64,000 nt of DNA from Azolla caroliniana (taxonomy: Eukaryota > Plantae > Polypodiophyta): positions 16,368,001 through 16,432,000 of the forward strand of contig JBHGNT010000013.1 of NCBI GenBank assembly GCA_043228905.1, written 5' to 3'. Below, piece after piece: positions 13,167 to 23,700 of this stretch. Within the stretch, counting starts at the first letter, position 1. Each line of letters opens with the position of its first letter. The position numbers and the translations under genes were made by a program. Under the pieces are notes generated by a model. It was given only the letters and a program-made list of their open reading frames with translations. It had not been told where the DNA came from and did no database searches.

Positions 13167-13586
13167 TGTTACCGGCCGGCAAGGAGTCCAAAATACGGAG
13201 TGAAGGAATTAATTAGATATGGTTGTAAATGAGCATAGTGTGGACGGACGGACTGGAAACGGTATGCCGTTCCAGATCCGGACGGATCCCGAATAGGTGC
13301 GAGAGGCACCGTTTTGTACTACGGGCCGGAAACCTATTTAAAGGCCCGGACCCCATTGTAATGACAGCTGATAATTAGTGGAGCTTATGTTGTTTATACT
13401 TCTGTCTTGATTTCCGTTCTGTAATCACTGTTATATCTTACGCGTGTAATTAACCAAAGCAATCTAATTGTGTAACCTACGTAAGTCGGTGTAATCGTTG
13501 AATCTTAATCCTATGCCGTAATCACCCTTTGGTGAAGTGTCTCCGTGACACCTTGTGTTAGGCCTTGTCCGGCTAAGCGAATAACA
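13167..13586 (+). repeat. LTR of element D (420 bp)
   Basis: Inverted termini TGTTA/TAACA; CCTATTTAAAGG TATA-like box near 13333 followed by a T-rich R/U5-like segment. Confidence 0.75.
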
Positions 13587-13642
13587 CCGCCATCGCTTTA
13601 GCAAGTTCTCCTCCTCGCATCTTGGTTCTCCCTTGCCGCCCT

Positions 13643-13660
13643 TTCACGTCGGGTTCACCA
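13643..13660 (-). other. Primer-binding site of Gypsy A, complementary to tRNA-Trp
   Basis: 18-nt TTCACGTCGGGTTCACCA equals the recalled plant cytosolic tRNA-Trp 3' end; 5 nt from the LTR. Confidence 0.85.
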
Positions 13661-13665
13661 ATTTA

Positions 13666-15191
13666 TGTCGCGAAGTTTCGCGCACGTGTGTTACTTGGGC
13701 GGGACCACGAGGGTCTTGGACTAGGGAGTACTCAAGGGATAGAGAAGACCCGAGGTTTACTTTACAACAATACTACTTCCTGACCCCTTCCCGAGCAAGG
13801 TCTCATTGCCCTTTGTTTTGTGAGGACGGTGGCTCTTGTTGATCACGACTCGTCGACCTTTCGAGCTCACCGCACGAGCCAAGTGATCAAACGGGTACAA
13901 GCAAGATAAGCATGCACGATGAACGCACAAGGGGAAGATAACACAAACATGAATGCCCGTACGTCTTTATGAGGAGGAGAGGTGCATGGGCACGCCTGAA
14001 CGCTCCCTCGTCACAAGACATCGAACGTACGAGGAAGACAAAAAACACATGCACAAATGCTCGTACCCCTTTATGAGGAGAGGTGCATGGGCACGCCCGA
14101 AACGCTCCCTTGTCACAAGATGGCCGAACGTACAAGGAAGACACAAACACACACACAAAATGCTCGTACGCCTTCATGAGGAGGAGAGGTGCATGGGCAA
14201 GCCCGAACGGTCCCTCGTCACGAGACGGCCAAACGTACAAGGAAGACACAAACACATGCACAAAATGCTCGCACGCCCTTATGAGGAGGAGAGGTGCATG
14301 GGCAAGCCCGAAACGGTCCCTCGTCACAAGACAGCTGAACCTACAAGGAAGACACAAACACACGCACAAATGCTCGTAAGTCTTTATGAGGAAGAGAGGT
14401 GCATGGGCACGCCCGAAATGCTCCCTCGTCACAAGACGACCGAATGTACAAGGAATACACAAACACACTCACAAATGCTCGTACGTCTTTATGAGGAGGA
14501 GGGGTGCATGGGCACGCCCGAATGGTCCCTCGTCACAAGACGGCCGAATGTACAAGGAAGACACAAACACACGCACAAAATGCTCGTACGCCTTTATGAG
14601 GAGGAGAAGTGCATGGGCAAGCCCGAAACAGTCCCTCGTCACAAGACAGTCGAACATACAAGGAAGACACAAACACACACACAAATGCTCCTACGTCTTT
14701 ATGAGGAGGAGAGGTGCATGGGCACGCCCGAAGGAAAAATGGCGATAGTCTCCTCCTCCCAAAACGTCCTCCTGAATGAGCCCCCCTCGACCTCCTTTTA
14801 TAGGAAAAAAAGAAGGGGGGTCCGCCAATTTTGTCTTCAATGAAAAAGGAATAAAATTCCTTAAATCACGCTACACTGTAAGACTAGATTTGAACCGTGC
14901 ACCTCTAGCTAGTAGTCAATGTGACTATTCACTAGCCCATTAACTCTCTCGTATATAATATATAATTCTATCTCTATAAATTCTTAGGGCCATGTCTCTT
15001 CTCTACATTTGATCTCTCTTCTCTCTTACTTTTTGCACAGGCTTACATGCATCCTTTCTAGCCTTTCTTTTCCCTTTTATTTTGCATATGCACAATTAAT
15101 CGCTTTTGTGTGCACACACATTGCACATGCACATTTTTGACCCCCCCCTTTCGCCGGGTTTTCCCACTCTCGAGCATGCCACATCACGACA
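13666..15191 (-). repeat. 5' LTR of Gypsy A (1526 bp)
   Basis: TGTCGCG...CACGACA; TATA CTATAAAAGGAGG on minus near 14792-14804. Confidence 0.9.
13940..14731. repeat. Tandem array of about 105-bp units (about 7.5 copies) inside the LTR
   Basis: ATGAGGAGGAGAGGTGCATGGGCA recurs at roughly 105-bp intervals. Confidence 0.92.
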
Positions 15192-16317
15192 CCGTATTTG
15201 TCGTGTTCGCTTTTTCTACCCATGCTTGGGCCGTCTGACGTATCTCATCTTGCACGGCCCAATCAGCATTTTTTGTTTACTGTCGTGTCGTGACTTGTTG
15301 GACTGCCGCCATAATCGTATTGACGGCAGGCCCTTTGCCTTTGCGTAGTAGACATTGTGTGGCATAATGTCCTAGCTGTTGGCAAACAAAACAATGGACG
15401 CTAGATTCGCCTTTCTCGGCAACTGGTGGTGCATGCCGATCCCCGGTGTGACTTGCTCCTCCCAGTCCTGATTCATTCTTCTGAGTGTACGCGGTAGTTG
15501 TTGTTGGTCCCGGCACGGTTCCTGGTGTCGGTCATCGCCCGAACTTTCATCGTACCGCCGTTGGTGCCGATACTGACAATGTTTCCCGCGAGGCCCATTG
15601 AAGCCGCCCCGTTTGTTCGTCGGACGGCAATTCTCGTAGCGTCAGCCTCTATTATATTTGTGGTTGGCATAGTAGTCTTCATCCTCCGGCTCTTCTTCTT
15701 TGGAATCATTGTTATTTCGGCGATTCTGGTAGTGCCGGTCATCGCGTGGGTTCCGATCCGTATACCAGGGTCGTTCTTCCTGGTGCTTTTGCTCATTACG
15801 GCGAGGGGGGCACTGTGTTTCCACGCTTCGTACTGTGGGCGTGGATCTGTTCAACATATTGTACTCACACTGCTCGATTGTGTGAGCTTTCGAGTGACAG
15901 ATTGGGCAGTGGATTCGCATGTAGCATAAAACTGCGGAATGCCTAGAATTTAAGCAAATCGTGCACTGGATTGCCTGGCGAAAATGTCGTTCCTCATCCT
16001 AAAGTAACGTTTGCCGTAATGAGGACATGGAAAATGTTTCCTCTTCTTCGTCCAGCTCGAGTTAGCGCTCGTTCTATGACCATATCGGCCGTAACTTCTC
16101 CTTTCACGCTATTGTTGTTGAGTATCATCCGTATCGGTCGTCGTAAAGCTGCCATAAATGTCTCCCGAGCCTCGTCCTCCGTCGGGCCTCATTCTAATTT
16201 CCGTTGTAGGTTTTGGAAGCGTAAATTGAAATCCGCTACAGTCTCAGCCGGCAATTGTTTAATTGTATAAAATTGCCCGAGGATTTTGCATTGCGGCACC
16301 CTCGATGAAAGAAACGT

Positions 16318-17194
16318 TTTCGTGCCTCTTGGCGCCGGATCGTTGCGTGAGTTGGGTGGGAACTGCTGGGGTTTTGGACTAGGAGGAAAGAAAATTCTAA
16401 GGCAATTAAGAATATGAATTATATTGTAAGAAAGAAAGATATGAAAAACTCGTGAATCCCATGAGTATAGTGTATTAGTGAGTACTCAAATTAAGAGAGA
16501 AAAAATTTAGTTAGCAAACTCGTGGATCCCACGATTATATTATATTAATCCCTTTGTAAAATAATCAACAACCTCTATACATCTTTCTCTCTTCCTTATA
16601 TAGTGTTGGAAGAGTCTAAGTTTATCCCATGCAAGCATCATGCTTTTCCTATCTTTAGTTTTCATGCACACTACATGTGCATGATTAGCTTTCTATCTCA
16701 TCTTTTCTTTTAACTCGAGTGTCTATGTATGAGTAACTTTTTGGACCATGCATATCTAAAATATTTACATGGGATAAAGTTTAGTATAACTTTAAAATTC
16801 ATAATATGCTAGTATAGTGATAAAGCTTAACATTATTAACATGGAAGTGCAAGGTTCGAATCTTGCCCTATGCATGTAATATATATATTTTTATACTTTC
16901 TTCTATTTACAAATATGTCTCTTCATCCGGTGAGAGACTCACACTGGCCTTCTTCATCCGGCTCTTTCCGGTTCTGCTTCATCCAGTGCTTGCTAGTTTT
17001 CTTTGTCCGTTTCTCACCAACTCTCACCAGCCTTCTTCATCCGGCTCTTCCTTGCCGGTTTACCGATTCCTCTTTGCCGATTTACCGATTCCTCTTTGCC
17101 GGTTCCTCTTCGTCCGGTTCTCACCGGGTATTTCATTCTCTATCCGGATGGACAAAATGCAATTTCCACGTAGTGTGTAAATTACACTATGACA
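16318..17194 (-). mobile_element. Solo LTR (TGTCG-type Gypsy group)
   Basis: Homologous end to end with 21605-22444; flanks ACGT/ACAC; GGGGTTTTGGACTAGG motif shared with LTRs of A and B. Confidence 0.85.
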
Positions 17195-17978
17195 ACACAG
17201 AAAGACCGACTGCAGCTGGTCGAAGGTCGTGATTGCTGGCAGATCCATCTACGAATGCCAAAACGCCGCTCTCCCATCCAGGGTTAATCTGAACTCTGTC
17301 ATTTTGGACTGGTGCGCTACTTCTTCCGAAAGTTTCAGTGCTATGTGATTTGAATTCCAGACATTCAGGAACAGTCGAATGTGGGTTGCAGTGTCGGTTT
17401 CGTCGTTGAAGCAGGGATAAGAGAAGGCCATGCTAGACGTTATGGCGGACGGGGAAAGACCACAGTGTGTGTGTGGTGAGCACGCTTCCTGCTTGTCGCC
17501 GAGGTATTTGGGGAGCGAGAAATCATCTTTGTGGTTCCGACAGTTATCACTGAGGTCATTGAGGCGAGGTTTCTACCGTGCGCGTTCCTCTGCCTGGCGT
17601 GTGATGGACCGTGTGATTGGTTGGTCTTGTCGTGTTGGTTCTCTGGGACGTCTACGACGAAACATCCATTCGTTGTTGTTCGTCTGTGAGGAGACACAGA
17701 TCACCAAGTGTGCCAAAAGTGTTACTGATTAGGAACACGATCTACAGTCAGTCCTTCGACCTAGACCTCAAAGTTACTGCGTTGCAACGAATGGTACCAT
17801 CGTACCGTAATATTTAATGGGATACCTCCCGTATCCTAACAGCGTATAAGGGAGACGAAGACAACCGAACTCCTTAGACCGGGCACTAGTAACCGCACTG
17901 TCACTCACGCCTACGCTCTTACGATTACGCTACGCTACCAAGAATCACAGACACACAGTAGATTAACCACAGATACGT

Positions 17979-19219
17979 TGTCGTGAAGATTTTCGACAAT
18001 GGTGTGAAAATCTAATAAGACGTACGAAATCAAGTGTCAATCATATAAAACAATAATAGTGAATATACTAATTCTAAGTAAATTTAATATCTTAGTACAA
18101 AAGACGAAGATCTTGAATAGATGCACTTTACTACATAAGAAACAGACATATAAGTGTCAACTTATGTGGGTAAGAAGTTGTGAAAGAAAAAGAGAAAATT
18201 TGTGAGATATCCCACATAGACAAGACGAATAAGGCTCTCACCATATATAAGGTAGAGCAAAAGTTATTATCTTTGTGTGGAGCATAGAGAGTTCAAGGTA
18301 ACTTGAACTAAGAGTGGAGGTGGCCTAGCCACTTGTAAAGGTTTTGGCCAACCAAAACGGAACTGGACGGTAACCGGTGATCCGGCGGTATCGGTATCCA
18401 GCATCCGACGACCGACAGCCGCATCGACGGCATCCGGCGGCGGCCACCGGTAACCGACGGCATCCGACGAGGCGACAACCACCGGTAACTAGCGGCATCT
18501 GGCGCTGGCGAGGCGACGACATCCGACGACTAGATAAATAAATATATAAATATATATACATCTACAAGGAGGGCAAGTAACGATTCAAACCTTGCACCTC
18601 CAAGTTAGGAATCAATTGGCTTACCACTAAGCCAAGATATTGAGTTGAAATTATATTTCTATCATTGTACTTTTCCATATAAATTGTCATACATGAGAGC
18701 TAAAATGAGTGACATGGTTATCATGCACCACATGTAATACATGAGCACCAAATGGCAAACATGCATTTTATGCATGTCTTGAACCCTCAAATGCTTGAGG
18801 GTTCAAGACATGCATAAAATGAGTAACATGGTTATCATGCACCACATGTAATACATGAGCGCCAAATGGCAAACATGCATTTTATGCATGAGGGCATCTA
18901 TAAAAGAGGGAATGAAAAAGATCAATGGGGGGGATTCTTTGATAAAAAGAAAGCTTTGTACTTTAAATCAAAATTAATATTAAGAAGAAAATTCGTTATC
19001 CCTTTTGATGATATACCTTGTTCTTGAAATCTAAAGTCAAGAGTTCTTAATCTCTCTCTCAATCTAAAATCAAGCATTCTATCTTATCTCAATCTCTCTC
19101 TCTTTCAATCTATCTTAATTCCTTTCCCGCTAAAGCTTGTGCAAACTTGGAGTCCTTCCGGTCCAAAACCCCGGCGGTTCCGCCTCGCGATCCGCGCCTA
19201 GTGACAGATCTTCACGACA
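17979..19219 (+). mobile_element. Solo LTR (TGTCG-type Gypsy group), inserted in the LTR of element C
   Basis: 12-bp inverted termini TGTCGTGAAGAT/ATCTTCACGACA; flanks ACGT/ACGC; TATA CTATAAAAGAGGG near 18898. Confidence 0.88.
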
Positions 19220-19433
19220 ACGCACAGGGATCAGAGAAGATCAAACTCTATTAAGATACGCTTTCTGCATTCAAAATTACACGCTACCACTATCAGAGGA
19301 TTTCTGCCCTTTATATACACAGGGTCTTTTAGCCGTTCACGCTTCCCGCGTGAACCGTTTACATGCGTTACATTTTTACTATATTCTATATTTTTGCGCT
19401 CCTGTCCATCGGTTACTATTCCGGCGGACAACA

Positions 19434-19990
19434 ACTGACAGCAGGGTACCTACAACTTGTGCACATAATAAAAAACTTGGAGTTTTTTGGATGTTGCTTG
19501 CCCCCATTACTATATGGTATATATGGACAACAAGGTGTACCAAGGTATTTTCAGCACACAAATGCCCCCCTGCTGAATCGATTAAGCTCATCTGGCACAC
19601 ATTAATAACTACACTAAGAGCTGAATATGAGCGGATTGATGGTACTAATGAGGCTGAATTTTCGAAAGCGATGGTGTACTACACCGATGGCTGCAGCAAA
19701 TGGAATGGATATACTGTGGAAGTATGAAGTACCCAAATGGTTGTTCCCCCCCCCCCCCCATTGGATGAACGAGGGGCGTGAAAGACATGGCATGTGGGAT
19801 AGTGAATGTAGGTGATGTGCATGAAAGGATGGCTAGAGCCATATGTGAAAGAGTAAGGTAAATATAAGCAAGATCTCTTGTGTAGGATAGGATAGTCTTG
19901 GCTCGGCCTTCCCAAGAAAGGGATCGAGTTTTATGTATATTTTAACTAAAGGAGTATATTCTTTTTTGGAAAAACATGCACCTTAGGACT
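19434..19990 (+). mobile_element. L1-type LINE 3' fragment
   Basis: WYIWTTRCTKVF...PPAES...W and WKYEVPKWLFPPP, similar to 39791-40058. Confidence 0.65.
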
Positions 19991-20464
19991 AATAACATTA
20001 GTTTTAAATGAAGGAAATCAACAATTGACTATTGTAATGCCTCAATTGGAACCACATCTAATTGCTTTATTCTAGATTGTTCATGCACATGCTCGAACTA
20101 GCAATGTTGGATAAGCGGTTTTCAAGAAAAACTTTGCGTTTGAATGGTTTTTGTTGAGATACAAGCTCAACATTGGCTGGATCGGCTGTGCAAACCGAGA
20201 ACCGGACCGGTGTCACCCGATGCGTAAACCGATACGCAAACCGGTGCGTAATGAGAAGCCGTAGCGGTGCGTAAACCACGAGGCCGTTGGAAAGATATTC
20301 CACATAGGAATATATTTTGGGAGTTAGTGTAGAGCTCAGTTATAAGCATTGAAGTACGTGTTTGTACTTCTGTCAGTCCGTATGGACTTGTATAAAAGTG
20401 CTCACTGAGCACATCCTATGTATAGACTGAGTATTATTTTTTGAAATAGAGTTGTGTGTATTGA

Positions 20465-20533
<69 letters not shown>

Positions 20534-20708
20534 GCGTACAGTGTGTGTCCAAGCTCTCCATTAAACTTGTGTTTTCCTACGTTCTGTTTTTTGTTGCTTC
20601 CGCACATTGTTCTTTTCACATGGTATCAGAGCACGAGGGTCGAGAACCTTTGCAGCCGACCTTAGCTCGAGAAGAAAACCTAACCTTCGTAAAGAACACG
20701 AAAAACAA

Positions 20709-23700
20709 AATGGATAGAGGCATGGCTAGCTCGCTTTCAACCGAGAAGCTTGACAAAAACAATTACGCATCTTGGTCCTACAAGATGCACTAGTACCTAC
20801 TCGGGCATGGATACTGGAGCTATGTCGACGAAGCAAATGACACAACACCCGATTCGACACACAAAGACTTCCTGGCTTGGGAACAGTCCGCGAGCAAAGT
20901 TCTCTAGTGCTTCGCGTCTTGTGTGGGCGAACAGCTTCTAAGCTATATTCGGGATGCGAAAACGCCAAAGGATTCTTGGGGAAATCTGAAAAAGATTTTG
21001 ACCGCAAGCACCACAGCCAGAAAACTCCAACTCCAACAAGCGACAACGCGATTTGTTGATGGTTGATTACACCTCGAAGATCAAAGATATATGCGAATCC
21101 TTAGCCTCCATCGATGTGAACGTCGAGGAAGGCGAGATGGTGCAGATCTGTCTCGGGGAACTGGTGTCAAAGTTCGGAGCGTTCCGAACTGTTGTGTGCA
21201 CAAGGGAGAATACGTCGTCGTTTTTCGACCTACAGTCGATGCTCCTTAAAGAGCAGAACCACGCGAGTGCGTCGATGAGTACACACGCTGATAGCAAGAT
21301 GTTTTACACGGAGGGAGATAGGCCCCGTGGTCGTGGCAGACGAGGCGAGTCGGTGCGCAATGGAGGTGGCCGACGAGACCAAGGAAGAAGGCACCGGAGT
21401 GATGCCGACAGCAATTTCGAACCCTCCGGAAACAGGGGGTCTAGGTGACGAGAACCAACAAGGGAAATCCGTCACGGAATGCTAGTATTGTGGCAAGAAA
21501 GGCCACAAGGAGAGCGAGTGCTAGAAGAAGCGTGCTGATTCGGAGAAAACCGGATCCGGATCCGTACAAACCGACAAAGGAAATCGGCAACGATCGCACT
21601 ACACTATCGCGCCTTTCAGCTCCGGATCGTTGCGTGAGTCATGTGGGAACCACTGAGGTTTTGGACTAGGAGAAAGAAGAATACAATATAAGGCTAGTTA
21701 TGAATAGGTAGAAAGAGAAGTAAGAAATAAAACTTGTGAATCCCGTGTGTTTAGTGTATTTAATCAATATTTAGATTGTAAGAAAGAGAATTTTGATGAT
21801 AAACTCATGAATCCCACGAATATATTAGATTGATCAATCCTTGTAAAATAATCAACAACATCATACATCTTTCTCTCCTCCTTATATAAGGATGGAAGAG
21901 GCTAAGCATAGCTTCATGCTTTTTCTAAAGTGTTCATGCACACTAAATGTGCATGAGTTGCTTTTTACACTATGCTTTTATTTCCTAAATATAATGCTCA
22001 TGCTCGCTAGATGTGCACGAGTAATTTTTTATAGGTGTACATTTTTCTTATAAATAAAGTATTTATGCATTCTAAAAATGCATAACTTACCTTTTAATAA
22101 AAGTAGGTGTAAATAAAGGTCTTATACGTATTAAATCTATATTTAGAACACTAAGGATAAGTTAGTACAATGGTAAGGTTGGGATTTGCCTACGTGGAGG
22201 TATAGGGTTTGAATCCTACCCTATGCATGTGACAATCTTTTCTTCTATTTATAAATTTGTCTCTTCATCCGGTGAGAGACTCTCACCGGCCTTCTTTATC
22301 TGGCTCTTGCCGGTTCTTACCGGGTCCTCCTTACCAGTTTCTCCTTCATTCGGTTCTCACCAGTTCTCCTTACCGGTTCCTCCTTGTCCCATCCGGAGAA
22401 ACCAAAATGCAATGTTCACGTAGTGTGCGAATTACACTACGACAACGCCGAAGGATCCGAAAAAATTGGAAAGGGGGCAGCCTTCGTGACAAGACACAAG
22501 GCGAACTCGATGAAGAAGACCACCCCGAAATCAGACGAGGTGTGGTACGTTGACTCCGGCGAGTCAAACCACATGACGAGCCATAAGGAGTGGTTCTCAT
22601 ACCTTGAGAAACCGATGGAACCAGGAGTAGTCGCAACAAGAGACGACACTCCGCATCCGATCAAGAATGTCGGTGAAGTTCCCCTGAGCCATGTCGGGCA
22701 AAAACGGAAACTCATGAACGTGTTACACGTCCCGACAATCACGAAGAATCTAGTGTCGATCGGGCAGATCGTCGACCAGGGGATACAACTCCGGTTCACG
22801 CATCTCGGGTGCTTCATCGAGGAGGAAGGCCAAGTTATTATGCAAGGGCGTAGAGACGGAAGGATGTTTATCCTCGACACCAATGACGTTGGCACCGCAA
22901 TGTTCGCAAAAGGACAAAAAGTCGAGTCAGATATCGACTTGTGGCACAAGCGGATAGGCCACATCAACTATCAAAGGCTTCAGGACTTGCAATCAAAACA
23001 TGTTGTGTTCGGATTGCCCAAATTCAGTGGCCGGAAGGCCCAAATTTGTGAAGCTTGCCAGCTAGGGAAGCAACACCGACTTCCTTTCCCAAACGAGCAT
23101 CATCGGAGCCGGAACAAGCTCGACTTGATACATTCGGATGTATGGGGGCCGGCACAGAACGTTAGTCTTGGTGGGAGTCGATATTTTGTCTCCTTCATCG
23201 ACGACTACACGCGGCACACGTGGATCTATCTCATTGAAAAGAAGAGTGAAGTCTTCGAATGATTTTGGGACCTCAAAAGCTTCATAGAAAGGGAAACAGG
23301 GAGAAAGATCAAGTGCATGCGGTCGGATGGCGGAAAAGAGTACTTTTCTGACCAATTCAACAATTATCTGCAACAAATGGGAATTCGGCGTGAATTCAGT
23401 TGCAGGTATACGCCGGAGCAAAACGGCGTAGCCAAAAGGAAAAATCGGTCAGTTGTGGAAGCAGTGCGGGCAATGCTGGAAGAAAAGAGCTTGCCCAAGT
23501 TCTATTGGGCCTAAGCGGTGTAAACCGTGGTCTACATCCAGAATCGGATTGGAGACAAAGTGTCGGTGCATGAGCTGTATTTCGGAAGGAAGCCGAATCT
23601 ACGATACTTGAGAGTTTTTGGTAGCATTGCATATGTGCATGTGTCGAAGGAGAAATGGAGGAAGTTGGACGCAAAAGCCGAGAAGTGTATCTTGGTCGGC

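Larger units (their letters stand above)
10599..13586 (+). mobile_element. Truncated fragment of another LTR element 'D' (accessory ORF plus one LTR), flanked by a 64-bp direct duplication
   Basis: LTR TGTTA...TAACA 13167-13586; 10535-10598 equals 13587-13650. Confidence 0.8.
1..15191 (-). mobile_element. Ty3/Gypsy LTR retrotransposon 'A' (degenerate; 3' LTR cut by window edge), hosting nested insertions at 4220-9070 and 10599-13586
   Basis: 5' LTR 13666-15191; 1-226 matches 14962-15191; PBS 13643-13660; PPT 227-240; gag-PR-RT-RH-IN order on the minus strand. Confidence 0.92.
15192..19433 (-). mobile_element. Older Gypsy element 'C' (5' LTR, PBS and gag; remainder displaced by Gypsy A)
   Basis: LTR 17720-19433 (TGTTA...CAACA, interrupted); degenerate Arg-type PBS TGGCACACTTGGTG 17702-17715; gag fragments with CPICHSKAHTIEQC and CFVCQQLGHYATQC. 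Confidence 0.8.

Noticed and set aside
10535-13650. Tyrosine-recombinase (att-site) integration at a tRNA-like sequence
   Set aside because: No recombinase ORF, and the insert ends in a normal TG...CA LTR
13953-14843. 296-aa repetitive ORF and its antisense ORFs; superficially CRISPR-like periodicity
   Set aside because: By-product of a 105-bp tandem array in an LTR; whole units repeat, with no unique spacers and no cas genes
16810-16870. Functional tRNA genes at the A/B-box sites (also 14885, 18575, 22163, 33770, 35270, 45545)
   Set aside because: Acceptor and anticodon stems do not pair convincingly; treated as tRNA-derived motifs only
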